Shown one piece after another: positions 33,693 through 43,925 of a DNA stretch of 64,000 nt. Position 1 is the first letter of the stretch, and each line of letters starts with the position of its first letter. The stretch comes from an uncultured Verrucomicrobiae bacterium. Its GTDB lineage: Bacteria > Verrucomicrobiota > Verrucomicrobiia > Palsa-1439. Both the position numbers and the translations under genes were made by a program. The stretch is from contig CAWEWF010000014.1 in NCBI GenBank assembly GCA_963812605.1, positions 160,001 through 224,000 on the forward strand, given 5' to 3'. The notes under the pieces are model-generated. The model was not told where the DNA came from. It did not search any database and was given only the letters and a program-made list of their open reading frames with translations.

Positions 33693-34529
33693 CTATGGTA
33701 CGAGGCGCACGCGGTAATAGCGGATCGGGGCGTTGGTCGCGCCGCCCGGATCGAGGTAGTTGGTGGTCGTGAAGTCGCCGCCCTTCGGGATGATGATGGG
33801 GCTGAGGTCGGTAAAGTTACTGGAGTAGCTGCCAGATGTCCCGGTCGTCGCCTGGACGACATTGGTCTCGCCGCCCACTGTTTGCCAGGTAATGAGGAGG
33901 TCATTGGCTTGCCTCGTGATGCTGGTGATGTTGAAGAGGCCCGGGACCGGCGCAGGCGTCACGTAATACGCATTCGTCTGCAGGCCGGAGCCGTAATGAT
34001 CGCCGGTGAAATAGACCTCGCCTCCCAGGCCGATCAACAGTCGCATCGGCCCGGGAAAGGCAACCGTGCCAAAGGCCTCGATGCCCGGGTCGTAGGTGGC
34101 GTTGCTAATATTCAAACTGGGCCAGACCACGAATTCCATATAGTAGTTGTTTCCCTTCCGCGGAATATTCGACAGCTCGCCCGGATTATTGAAGTTGAAA
34201 AACCCGCCGTCATCCGTTTCGGTTGGCATCCAGTAGCCATGACGGATGCGATCCAACGTCAAGGTGACGTCGATGGAACCCGTATAAGCCAGCGCACTGA
34301 AATTATACACTTGGATATCATTCGTCTGGCCGACGGGGTCGTAGACGACGCCGGCATTCGTGGGGACATTGGCGATGGCCTGCGCGACGGAGGCATTGCT
34401 GTGGGTCGAGTTGTTCGGGAAAGTTCCGAAGTTGACCGGCGTGGCCCCGGTGGGCACAGCGAAGGCGACCGTCGAAGCGAGCGCCAGCATGCCTATCCAG
34501 CGGTGACGTGCGTTCATTCGTGTGAGCAT
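33693..34529 (-). CDS. Secreted microbial ribonuclease (barnase/RNase Sa-like) with a C-terminal putative sorting domain
   Basis: Signal peptide; DGGFF...IPRKGNNYYMEFVV...GPMRLLIGLGGEVYFTGDHY; tail LLITWQT...RYYRVRLVP*. Confidence 0.7.
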   Translation of the reverse strand: MLTRMNARHRWIGMLALASTVAFAVPTGATPVNFGTFPNNSTHSNASVAQAIANVPTNAGVVYDPVGQTNDIQVYNFSALAYTGSIDVTLTLDRIRHGYWMPTETDDGGFFNFNNPGELSNIPRKGNNYYMEFVVWPSLNISNATYDPGIEAFGTVAFPGPMRLLIGLGGEVYFTGDHYGSGLQTNAYYVTPAPVPGLFNITSITRQANDLLITWQTVGGETNVVQATTGTSGSYSSNFTDLSPIIIPKGGDFTTTNYLDPGGATNAPIRYYRVRLVP

Positions 34530-34674
34530 GTTTCAAATGCCTCCTGACATTCCTCAAAAAATACCGCCAGCATTGTGCTGCGACTCCGGAAAGAGAGTAG
34601 ACCAGAGCATCGCCGGGAAGTACAGTAAATATGGGCTTCCCAAGCTTACGGCCTTCTCCAAGCTGCGTTTCCGC

Positions 34675-35079
34675 CTATCGCTTTTTCCCTTCCGCCTTCA
34701 CGTTCACCGTGCCTGTCTGCGTGAACGAATACTGCGGGGTGTTGAAGCGGGAGCAATTGATGTCGTAGCGGATCTGGACGGTGCCGTCCTCCAGGGCGGC
34801 GAAGGTAACATCGTTAAAGTCGTTGGGGTCAAACGGAACGCCGTTGGCGAATGCAAATTCTGCCAGCTCCTTAAGCGTCTGCGGCCAGCGGCCAACCGAC
34901 AGCTGGAATGCTTTCGTGGCGGTGACGAGTTGTTTGACTTTGACGCGGGCGAAGTCCACGACGACCGCATTCTTGTGCTTGTAGTCATTGAGGGCAGATC
35001 GATAGGCCTTTTCGCGGGGCGACGCGCAGGCGACAAGGTTCAGAGCCAGCAGACCGACGAGTACCCATCGCGCGCGCAC
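34675..35079 (-). CDS. Hypothetical lipoprotein
   Basis: LVAC lipobox; segment FQLSVGRWPQTLKEL is reminiscent of pseudopilin GspG. Confidence 0.65.
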   Translation of the reverse strand: MRARWVLVGLLALNLVACASPREKAYRSALNDYKHKNAVVVDFARVKVKQLVTATKAFQLSVGRWPQTLKELAEFAFANGVPFDPNDFNDVTFAALEDGTVQIRYDINCSRFNTPQYSFTQTGTVNVKAEGKKR

Positions 35080-35080
35080 G

Positions 35081-35578
35081 TTAGCACCCGGCTTTGCGAA
35101 TCTTCGCGATCAGCCGGGTGGTCGAAAAACCCTTCACGAAGGGCAGGATGTGGACCTTGGAACCAATCGCCGTGAGCACGGCCCGCTCGCGCGCATCCAA
35201 TGTATCGGGCCGGTAATCGCCTCCCTTGACATAAATGTCGGGTTGGATGGCTCCCAGGAAGCGATGCGCCCGTCTTTCGGGGAAAATGACGACGGCATCG
35301 ACGCACGCCAGGGCGGCGATGACTTTCGCGCGCTGCTGTTCCGGGACGAGCGGACGACCATGGCCTTTGAGTTGGTGGACCGATCGATCGCCATTGAGCC
35401 CAACGACGAGGAGGTCCCCGAGCTTCCTCGCGCGCTGGAGATAGCTGACGTGTCCAAAGTGCAGCAGATCAAAACACCCGTTCGTGGCGACAATTTTTTC
35501 GCCGCGACGGCGCGCGCGGGCGGCCCAACGGGCCGCTTGCGGCAAGGTCAAAACTTTGGGAGAGGGCGCGTTAGGCAT
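35081..35578 (-). CDS. rfaE2: D-glycero-beta-D-manno-heptose 1-phosphate adenylyltransferase (RfaE domain II)
   Basis: TNGCFDLLHFGHVSYL, GLNGDRSV..LKG, YVKGGDY, STTRLI. Confidence 0.88.
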   Translation of the reverse strand: MPNAPSPKVLTLPQAARWAARARRRGEKIVATNGCFDLLHFGHVSYLQRARKLGDLLVVGLNGDRSVHQLKGHGRPLVPEQQRAKVIAALACVDAVVIFPERRAHRFLGAIQPDIYVKGGDYRPDTLDARERAVLTAIGSKVHILPFVKGFSTTRLIAKIRKAGC

Positions 35579-35734
35579 TGGTTTTTGGGCTTGATTCCGT
35601 GTTGCGCTCTGACATGATGACCTTGTGTGAGAATGGCTCACCCGAAGAAGGTCGGTCAAGGGTGATTTTTAGGTGGCGGGCCGCTGTGAATGCCGAGAGC
35701 AGCGGCCTTTGCTCTAGGGGTCAACTAGGAGGTT

Positions 35735-37251
35735 ATGGAAGAACTGCATTTGGTAGGAACGATAGTTTATTTTACCGTGCTTGTGTGTCTGTCGTGTTAC
35801 GGCCTCCACCGCTATTGGATGATTTTCCTGTACCTTCGCCACCGCCGGGAAGTGCCCCGCCGGTTGGACACTTCGCCGAGTTGCCGAAGGTGACCGTGCA
35901 GTTGCCGCTGTACAATGAGATGTACGTCGCCGACCGGTTGCTCGACGCGGTTGCGGCGTTGGATTACCCGCAGGACAAGCTCGAAGTGCAGGTGCTGGAC
36001 GATTCGACTGACGAAACGACCGGCATTGTTGCCCGCAAAGTCGCGCAACTGCGCGAGCGCGGCTTCGAGGTTTACCACATCCATCGCGCGAACCGCCTCG
36101 GCTACAAAGCGGGCGCGCTGGAGAACGGCCTGCACCAGGCCGCGGGCGAGTTCATTGCGATCTTCGACGCCGACTTCGTTCCGCAACCCGACCTGTTTCA
36201 GAAAACGATCCATTACTTTTCGGACCCGAACATCGGCATGGTCCAAACGCGTTGGGGCCATCTCAACGAGCAATACTCGTTGCTGACAAAAATCCAATCG
36301 ATGTTGCTGGACGGGCATTTCCTCATCGAGCAGACCGCGCGTGCCCGCTCGGGAAGGTTCTTCAATTTCAACGGCACCGCCGGCATCTGGCGGCGGACGT
36401 GTATCCAAACCTCAGGCGGCTGGCAACACGATACCCTGGCCGAGGACCTCGACCTCAGCTATCGCGCGCAGATCAAAGGTTGGCGGTTTTTGTTTCTGCC
36501 GGGCATCGTGACGCCTGCGGAGTTGCCCATTGAGATGAACGCCTTTAAGTCGCAGCAGCACCGCTGGGCGAAAGGCTCGATCCAGACGAGTAAAAAAGTG
36601 TTGCCGCTGCTCTGGCGGAGTGATCTGCCGCTGAAGATCAAATTCGAAGGCACCGTGCACCTGACCAGCAACTACGGCTACCTCGCGCTGTTGGTGCTCT
36701 GTCTGTGTTTTCATTCCTCCGCCGCGGCGGGGACGAATCACGCCACGGGCGGGAATCCCTGGACGAAGCTCTTTCTCGTGGATCTGCCATTGTTCATTGC
36801 CGGGTCGGTTTCCATCAGCGCGTTTTATTTCTGCGCGCAACGCGAGTTGCATGCGCAATGGTGGAAACGGCTGGTCTATCTGCCCGTGTTGATGGCGGTG
36901 GGCGTGGGTCTCACCATCAACAACGCGCGCGCGGTGCTCGAAGCGATGTTCAATCATCGCAGCGAGTTCATTCGCACGCCGAAGTACGGAACGTTACGGC
37001 GCGGGCAAACGCGGTCCCGTGGCAAGTACCACGCCTTGCGCGGACTGGTTCCATTTATCGAACTCGCCTTCGGCCTGTACTTCAGTTACCTCGTCGTGCA
37101 GGGCATCGACGCCAGTCAATGGATGTTTGTCCCTTTCGCGATGGTCTTTCAGGCCGGATTTCTCTACGTCGGCCTGATGTCGCTCCTGCAAACCACCGTC
37201 CGCGCGATGCGACAGATGGAAGAACCGACGTTGGCCGTTGCCGGCGCGTAA
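35735..37251 (+). CDS. Processive GT2 glycosyltransferase (cellulose-synthase-like), frameshift near 35845
   Basis: GGAGG SD and MEELHLVG start; VQLPLYNE, FDADF, AEDLDLS, QQHRWAKG (QxxRW); C-terminal TM helices. Confidence 0.88.
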
Positions 37252-37461
37252 TCGGCCCTCACTCGGGACTTCTTCATGCCAAACTCCCTGGCGTTGCAAC
37301 TTCATGGCTTGCGTCAGGAGATGGCCGTCAACACTGAGGACATCGTGCGCAGCGCGGAAGCAGTCGCCGCCAGCGCGCGGTATTTACGCGAACTCTGACC
37401 GATCCCGGGTGAATGTTTCCTTGCCATCGGCTGACGAAGCGGCAAGAATCTGTGCACGCGA

Positions 37462-38280
37462 ATGGAGCCACTTGGCATTATTGCAGGAAACGGCGATTTT
37501 CCCCTGATCCTGGCCCGCTCGGCGCGTCAACTTGGTGGCGGGCGGACCGTCGCGGCGGCGTTCGAGGGGGAAACGAAGCCGGAAATTGACGACGCGGTCG
37601 ACGAGGTTGAATGGATCAAGCTTGGCCAACTCAACAAGCTGATCGAAGTCTTCACTTCACGCCGCGTGAAGCGCGCCGTAATGGCGGGCGGCATTACGCC
37701 CTCGAATCTTTTCAAGAACCTGCGGCTTGATCTGCGCATGACGACCGTCGCCTTGCGCCTCAAGGAACGCAATGCCGAGACGATCTTTGGCGCGATCGCC
37801 GCCGAGATGGCGAAGGACGGCGTCGAACTCATCGACCCGCGTCCATTCCTCGGCGACTCCGTCCCGCAGCCCGGTGTGCTCACCCGTCACAAGCCGGACA
37901 AGGACCAGCGGGCCGATGTTGAATTCGGACTGAAGATCGGCAGGGCCGTCAGCGGGCTCAATATCGGCCAGACGGTCGTCGTCAAGAAGGGCACGGTGCT
38001 GGCGGTGGAAGGTTTTGAGGGCACGGACGAGTGCATCCGCCGCGGCGGCGCACTGGCGGGCGAGAAGGGCGGCGCGGTGGTCGTCAAGGTCAGCAAAGCG
38101 CAACACGATTTTCGGTTCGATATCCCGTGCCTCGGGGAGAAAACGGTCGAGTCATGCCGCGCGGGAAAGATTTCTGTGTTCGCGATGGAAGCGGGCCGAA
38201 GCCTGCTGCTCGACAAGGACAAGTTGCTACAGGCCGCGAACGAAATGGGGTTGTGCCTGGTGGCGGTGCCTTCCGCATGA
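37462..38280 (+). CDS. lpxI: UDP-2,3-diacylglucosamine pyrophosphatase LpxI
   Basis: LGIIAGNGDFP, IGQTVVV...AVEGFEGTD, DFRFDIP; next to lpxB. Confidence 0.9.
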   Translation: MEPLGIIAGNGDFPLILARSARQLGGGRTVAAAFEGETKPEIDDAVDEVEWIKLGQLNKLIEVFTSRRVKRAVMAGGITPSNLFKNLRLDLRMTTVALRLKERNAETIFGAIAAEMAKDGVELIDPRPFLGDSVPQPGVLTRHKPDKDQRADVEFGLKIGRAVSGLNIGQTVVVKKGTVLAVEGFEGTDECIRRGGALAGEKGGAVVVKVSKAQHDFRFDIPCLGEKTVESCRAGKISVFAMEAGRSLLLDKDKLLQAANEMGLCLVAVPSA

Positions 38281-39302
38281 GCGATATCCTCAAAGTCGGC
38301 GTGGTAGGGGTCGGGCAGCTGGGCTCGCAACACGCGCGCATTTATTCCGAGTTGGCCAAGCGTTCCAACGGCCTATATTCGTTCGTCGGCGTGTTTGATA
38401 CTGATAACATTCGCGTGCGGGCGCTTACGGAAAAGGTCGGTGGCGGCGCGTTCGAGAGCGCGGTGGAGCTGGCGAACTTTGCGGACGCGGTCAGCGTGGC
38501 CACGCCCACGGAGACGCATTACAAGGTCGCGCGCGTATTTCTGGAGCGCGGCAAGCACGTGCTGGTGGAGAAACCGATCACCGACAGCCTCAGCGAAGCC
38601 GAAGAACTCGTCGCGCTGGCGCGGAAGAACAAGTGCGTGTTCCAGGTTGGCCACGTCGAGCGCTTCAACCCGGTCATGCGTTACTTGAATGAAGTGCTGG
38701 AAGAAGCGCGCTTCATCGAAGTGCACCGCCTCTCGCCGTACCCGGGCCGCTCGACGGACATAGGCGTCGTGCTCGATTTGATGATTCACGACCTCGATGT
38801 GGTCTTGTCGCTGGTGAAATCGCCGCTGGTGTCTGTCGATGCGGTCGGCATCCCCGTGCTCAGCGCAAGCGAAGATATTGCCAATGTGCGATTGAAATTC
38901 GCCAACGGCTGCGTGGCCAATATCACCGCCAGCCGTGTATCGGCGGAAAAGATGCGGAAAATCCGGGTATTCGGACGCACCGCGCACGGCGCCGCCTACG
39001 TGTCGCTCGATTACATGAAACAGGAGGGCGAGAGTTATCGGGTCGCCGCCGAAGATGCGCAGGAATCCGGTTTGCTGAAGAAACTGCTGGCGGGCAAGCA
39101 CGCGAGCATTGTCAGCGAATTCGCGGGCAGAAAAATCGTTCGCGAACCGGTCCCCATTGAACGCGACGAGCCGCTCAAACTGGAGTTACAACATTTCCTC
39201 GACGCGATCCGTTTCCACCGCGACCCGCTGGTCACCGGCGAAGCCGCCAAACAGGCCCTCGAAGTGGCGATGGAGATCACCGAGCAGATTTCCCACGCCT
39301 AG
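38277..39302 (+). CDS. Gfo/Idh/MocA oxidoreductase, possible GnnA (UDP-GlcNAc 3-dehydrogenase)
   Basis: GVGQLG, VEKPI, VGHVERFNP, LDLMIHDLD; lies between lpxI and lpxB. Confidence 0.8.
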   Translation: MSDILKVGVVGVGQLGSQHARIYSELAKRSNGLYSFVGVFDTDNIRVRALTEKVGGGAFESAVELANFADAVSVATPTETHYKVARVFLERGKHVLVEKPITDSLSEAEELVALARKNKCVFQVGHVERFNPVMRYLNEVLEEARFIEVHRLSPYPGRSTDIGVVLDLMIHDLDVVLSLVKSPLVSVDAVGIPVLSASEDIANVRLKFANGCVANITASRVSAEKMRKIRVFGRTAHGAAYVSLDYMKQEGESYRVAAEDAQESGLLKKLLAGKHASIVSEFAGRKIVREPVPIERDEPLKLELQHFLDAIRFHRDPLVTGEAAKQALEVAMEITEQISHA

Positions 39303-39350
39303 CCCCCGAAGGAGGTGGCAATCGCACCGTTCGACCTCGTAGCTCAAGTT

Positions 39351-39386
39351 TCCGTTCCCCTCCTTGGAGGGGCAGGGGTGGGTTCC
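39351..39386. repeat. Left inverted repeat (palindromic, REP-like) of the DUF559 cassette
   Basis: TCCGTTCCCCTCCTTGGAGGGGCAGGGGTGGGTTCC closely matches the reverse complement of 39795-39833. Confidence 0.85.
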
Positions 39387-39427
39387 ATCGTTGTCATCAG
39401 CTTCTGATCCCGCTACTATGTTGCGTC

Positions 39428-39892
39428 ATGCGGGATCGGATCATCCCCTATAATCCCGACTTGAAGGAACGCGCTCGCATATTGCGCAAGAATATGACCC
39501 GCGCGGAAGCGTTGCTGTAGACGAAGCTGAACAGAAAGCAAATGTGTGGCTACGACTTCGACCGTCAGCGGCCACTGGACGAGTATATCGTGGATTTTTA
39601 CTGCAAGGAATTGCGTCTGGCGATTGAGATCGATGGCTGGAGTCACGCGCTGAAGGGAGCGCGCGATGTTGAGCGGCAGAGACGACTTGAAGGTCTTGGT
39701 GTGTGGTTCTTAAGGTTCACCGAGCAGGAAGTTGTCGCTGACTTGCAGTCAGTGGCGGATCAGATTGAGATGTGGATTCAACAACAGACCGGAAGGAAAC
39801 CCACCCCTAACCCCTCTGGGGGAGGGGAACGGAAAAGGACGGTACGGAAACACACCCATAGCCCCTGCAAAGGGGAAAAGCGAATGGTATGA
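39428..39892 (+). pseudogene. DUF559 (Vsr-like PD-(D/E)xK) endonuclease with an in-frame TAG at 39518
   Basis: IIPYNPDLKERARILRKNMTRAEALL*TKL...FDRQRPL..YIVDFYC..LAIEIDGWSH; the TAG replaces the family's conserved Trp. Confidence 0.85.
39795..39833. repeat. Right inverted repeat of the DUF559 cassette
   Basis: GGAAACCCACCCCTAACCCCTCTGGGGGAGGGGAACGGA; a degenerate extra copy follows at about 39846-39879. Confidence 0.85.
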
Positions 39893-40973
39893 AACCTCGC
39901 TCCCTCATGTTCATTGCCGGTGAAGCCTCGGGCGACGCACATGCGGCGGAACTCATCAAGGCGCTGCGGGCGCAGGCGCCCGAGGTAAAGGTCTTTGGCG
40001 CGGGCGGGCCGAAGATGGAGGCGGCGGGGATGGAGTTGTTGCTGGATCTCACCGAGCATGCGGTGGTCGGCTTGTCGAGGTGCTGAAGAACTATGCCAAG
40101 TTTCGCCGACTTTTCTGGGACCTGGTGCGCGTGGCGGAGAGGCGGCGGCCGGACGCGGTGGTGCTGGTGGATTTTCCGGGGTTTAACCTGCGGTTTGCCG
40201 CGCAGATGAAGCAGCGCGGAATTAAAGTCATCTACTACATCTCGCCGCAGTTGTGGGCCTGGCACGCGAGCCGTGCCAAACAGATTGAGCGCGACGTGGA
40301 CTTGATGCTCTGCATTTTCCCGTTTGAGAAGGACTGGTACGCCAAACACGCACCCAAGTTACGCGTGGAGTTCGTTGGTCATCCTTTTACGGAAAGGATG
40401 AAGACGGAGGACCGAGAGGTGAAGCGGGAAGAGAAACTCGTCCTGCTCTTGCCCGGCAGCCGCGAGCGCGAAGTGGCGAAGATTTTTCCGATCATGGCGG
40501 ACGCGGTCGAACGGATGCCGACGGACGTGAAGTTCGTCGCGGCGGCGGTGAATGAGTCCTCAGCGGCGATGATGAAGCACTCGCGCATCACGGTGGAAGC
40601 TGGCAATGCGCACGAATGGATGCGGCGGGCCACGTTGGCGATCACCGCCAGTGGGACGGCCACGATGGAATGCGCGTTCTACGGCTGTCCGATGATCGTG
40701 GTCTACAAAGTGAACTGGCTGACGTATCTCATTGGCCGCCTGGTTGTGCAGGTGGACTGGCTCGGCATGCCCAACGTGATTGCCGGCCGCGAAATCGTGC
40801 CGGAGTTTCTCCAGCACGACGCGAAACCCGAGCGCATCGCCGCCGTAGCGCGTGAGTTATTGGAGAACAACGCAAAACGCGAAGCAATGCAGCGAGAATT
40901 GGCAACAGTTGTTGGAAGTCTCGGCGGAACTGGCGCCAGCGAGCGCGCTGCTCAACTAATTCTTGCGCGTTAG
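39889..40973 (+). CDS. lpxB: Lipid-A-disaccharide synthase (frameshift near 40075)
   Basis: AGEASGD, DFPGFN, SPQLWAW, IFPFE, FVGHP, LPGSR, SGTATME. Confidence 0.95.
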
Positions 40974-41855
40974 GAAGAAATCCGCGATGGCGCGGAGCGG
41001 TTCGGCGTTCTTGCCGAAGACGGACAGTTGCTTGTGGGCATCGGCGATGAGGTCGGCGGCGTAGTGCCGCGACTTGTCGAGGCCGAGGACGGTGGGGAAG
41101 GTGGACTTCTTGTTTTTTTCGTCGGCTCGAACGCTCTTGCCCATGATTTCCTTGGTGCTCGTGGCATCGAGAATGTCGTCGATGACCTGAAACGCGACAC
41201 CGAGGTCCTGTCCGTAGCGGGTCAGGCGTTTGAGTTCGGACGGCGTGGCGTTGCCCGCCATCGCGCCCAGGCGGATTGAGGTGGTGATGAGCGCGGCGGT
41301 TTTGTTGCGGTGGGTCGTTTTGACTTCCTCAAGGCTGGCTTGGCGCTCTTCGTTCTCGAGGTCCTGCACCTGTCCCGCGATGAGCCGCAGGCTGCCGGCG
41401 GCCATGGCGAGGTCGCTCACCAACAGTTGCATGGGATAACGCTTGGGCGGCTTGCTTTTGGCGACCATGGCGAACGCCTCGGTCAGCAATGCATCACCGG
41501 CCAGCACCGCGATGCCTTCACCAAAGACCTTATGGTTCGTCGGCTTGCCGCGCCGTAAATCATCATCGTCCATGCTGGGCAGATCGTCGTGAATGAGCGA
41601 GTAGGTATGGATGCATTCAACCGCGCAGGCCAGGGGAATGGCGGTCGCTGATTTGCCACCAACTGCTTCGCAAGCGGCGAGACAGAGAACGGGACGAATC
41701 CGCTTCCCACCCGCAAAGATCGAATAGCGCATCGCCTTGTGGATCGTCGGCGGCGCGGCGGTTTCAGGAGGCAAAAGCTTGTCGAGCGCCGCATCCACGC
41801 GCACGCACAGGCGGTCCAGATACTGATTTAGATTAAACACAACTAGGGATTTCAA
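40956..41855 (-). CDS. ispA: Farnesyl/geranylgeranyl diphosphate synthase
   Basis: GGKRIRP, SLIHDDLPSMDDDDLRRG, FQVIDDILD. Confidence 0.93.
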   Translation of the reverse strand: MKSLVVFNLNQYLDRLCVRVDAALDKLLPPETAAPPTIHKAMRYSIFAGGKRIRPVLCLAACEAVGGKSATAIPLACAVECIHTYSLIHDDLPSMDDDDLRRGKPTNHKVFGEGIAVLAGDALLTEAFAMVAKSKPPKRYPMQLLVSDLAMAAGSLRLIAGQVQDLENEERQASLEEVKTTHRNKTAALITTSIRLGAMAGNATPSELKRLTRYGQDLGVAFQVIDDILDATSTKEIMGKSVRADEKNKKSTFPTVLGLDKSRHYAADLIADAHKQLSVFGKNAEPLRAIADFFLTRKN

Positions 41856-41902
41856 TCAGGCTCCACGGTTGGCGAGGTATCGTACGGGGCAGGGAGTTTT
41901 TT

Positions 41903-43141
41903 TCAAGCGAAAGTTTCGCGCGCCGTCACTGGTTGGGACTTTGCTTCCTTCGCATAGCGCGTGAAATACACCAACCACGCCAGGCCCGCAGTCCAGATAA
42001 CCAGATGCAGGGCCTGAATGATCGGGAAATCCGCCAGGTGCAGGGGGAGGCAGAGCGCGGTAAGGATTACCACAAACATTGTTGCGTGGCCGACCGCGGG
42101 GCGTTTCAGAAAAAGTTGTCCCAAGGCGATGGCCAGGAAGACGATCAGGATGTCGTCGTAGGATTGATGATAGGTGAACAGCCGCGCCAGGGTGCTGCAG
42201 ATTGCCATTTCGAACAAAGGAGCGTTCTGGGAACCTTGGACCAGCACGATGGAGAGGATGGTGGCGAACCCGAGGCATCCAAAAAAAGCCAGCGACCGCG
42301 TAACGCCGATGAAAATAAGCACATCGGGAATGCTGTAGGAATTGTCTTTCCACCGGGAAGTCTGGACAAGCATTTGCTTCACCATCACCAAGGGACTGGT
42401 GGCGACGTGGCGACCTACAATCATCGCGGCGGCAACCGTGGCAATGAACGCGACCATCAGCGAGAGGTACAAGCGGCGGTTGAAAAAGACGCTGGCATGG
42501 GCAAAGGAGAAGGTCGGCTTCAGGAGCGCAATGGCGTAGAGAATCCCCAACGGAACCCGTCCCAGTCTCTCCCTGTAGGAAACACAAATGACCAGAATGG
42601 CGCACAGAATCACCCCCCATTGTCCATTGACGAGGGTCGAGCAAAGCGGCGAAGCACCAAGCACCGTCAGGGCCAGGAGTAGTTTGTGTGAAACCAGATT
42701 GGAGGGGGCGGCGCGACAGGCGAACATCACAATGAGTAGCAGGGCGATGACGTTCATGAGAAAGAACCAGACCCTCGCGACCGGCCAGGAAACCGGGGGA
42801 ATAAAAAGGGCCGACCAAAAGAATGCCCACGGCGGATAACCGCTGCCGACCCACGTTGCGCCATACACTGGATCGATATTTACTGGACGTGAGTTTGGCA
42901 AAGCAGGCGACACTCCGAATTCACGGTCGTAAAGGTACTCGGAGATATCGTAAGGATTCTGTCCACCCGCCACGTACCGCAACTCCCGCCAGCGAAGAAA
43001 AAAATCCGTTGGATGCGATTTCTTTACGATCAGGTGGTACATGCCGCGCCCGAGGTAAATGGCGGCGAAAAACGCTGCCACCGTCACCGCCGCCAGGACA
43101 AAGGCCCGCGTAATGCGCGGATCAATTGTGCGCTGGATCAT
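41903..43141 (-). CDS. GT-C membrane glycosyltransferase (GT87/DUF2029-like)
   Basis: DF..RW after the first TM, YPPW, NGQ, LLKP, YHQSYD; many TM helices. Confidence 0.7.
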   Translation of the reverse strand: MIQRTIDPRITRAFVLAAVTVAAFFAAIYLGRGMYHLIVKKSHPTDFFLRWRELRYVAGGQNPYDISEYLYDREFGVSPALPNSRPVNIDPVYGATWVGSGYPPWAFFWSALFIPPVSWPVARVWFFLMNVIALLLIVMFACRAAPSNLVSHKLLLALTVLGASPLCSTLVNGQWGVILCAILVICVSYRERLGRVPLGILYAIALLKPTFSFAHASVFFNRRLYLSLMVAFIATVAAAMIVGRHVATSPLVMVKQMLVQTSRWKDNSYSIPDVLIFIGVTRSLAFFGCLGFATILSIVLVQGSQNAPLFEMAICSTLARLFTYHQSYDDILIVFLAIALGQLFLKRPAVGHATMFVVILTALCLPLHLADFPIIQALHLVIWTAGLAWLVYFTRYAKEAKSQPVTARETFA

Positions 43142-43925
43142 AGGCCCCTCGCAAAGCGCGGACCAGCGTTCTCAGCACCAACCAATTCCCGCGCAGAGGG
43201 CTGATCTTGGTCGGCACGGGCCCGTGTGCGGGATACACACGGGAGACGGGAGTTTCGCACACGCGGAAGCCAAGCTTGGCCGCGCGGATAGCGAGATAAT
43301 AGTGCAGTTCATAACCGACGAATACGTCACGGAATGGTTGCACCCGTGGATCCAGCAGGAAGCGCCGACTGTAAGCGCGGAAGCCGTTGGTTGTATCCGT
43401 ATAATGAACCCCGGCCGCCACGCTCATCAGTGGGGCATGTAGTAGTCGGACAGCCAGCAGTCGGGAAGGGGGAGTGTTGGCGTGATGACCACCCGGAATG
43501 AAGCGCGACCCCTGAACATGGTCCCATCCCTCGTCAAGCAAACGAACAAATTCCGGGATGGCCTCGATGCCGTCCTTCCCATTGCCGTCGATGGTAATGA
43601 CACCTTCGTACCGGCGTTGCATGGCATAGGCGAGCGCCATGCGCATCTGGGCGCTCAGTTTGCCGGGTCCGGTTTTCACGAGCAAGGCAGCACAGTCTGC
43701 CGCCGCCATGATTTCGGGTGTCAGAGAGCCGTCGGTACTGCCGCCATCGGCCACGATGATGTCGATCTGCGAGGCGAAAGACTTCATCGCCTGCAACTGC
43801 TTGCGGATCTTTTCCCCTTCGTTGATGACAAAGACCGCGACGGCATATTTCGTCCGCTTGGGTCCTTCAAAGGGAATGTGGTAATCCGGAACCTGCCAGG
43901 GATTTCCGGCCGGGTCGCTAGACAC
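43122..43925 (-). CDS. GT2 polyprenol-phosphate glycosyltransferase (Dpm1-like)
   Basis: VINEG, DGGSTDG, IDGNGKD, QGSRF, TDTTNGFRAYS. Confidence 0.85.
   Translation of the reverse strand: MSSDPAGNPWQVPDYHIPFEGPKRTKYAVAVFVINEGEKIRKQLQAMKSFASQIDIIVADGGSTDGSLTPEIMAAADCAALLVKTGPGKLSAQMRMALAYAMQRRYEGVITIDGNGKDGIEAIPEFVRLLDEGWDHVQGSRFIPGGHHANTPPSRLLAVRLLHAPLMSVAAGVHYTDTTNGFRAYSRRFLLDPRVQPFRDVFVGYELHYYLAIRAAKLGFRVCETPVSRVYPAHGPVPTKISPLRGNWLVLRTLVRALRGAYDPAHN

Noticed and set aside
37276-37398. 40-aa ORF MPNSLALQ...YLREL between the GT2 gene and lpxI
   Set aside because: No clear SD or recognisable homology; cannot be supported from sequence alone.
39518-39520. Amber recoding (pyrrolysine or alternative genetic code)
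   Set aside because: TAG is a normal stop for many genes here; a TGG-to-TAG nonsense change is simpler.
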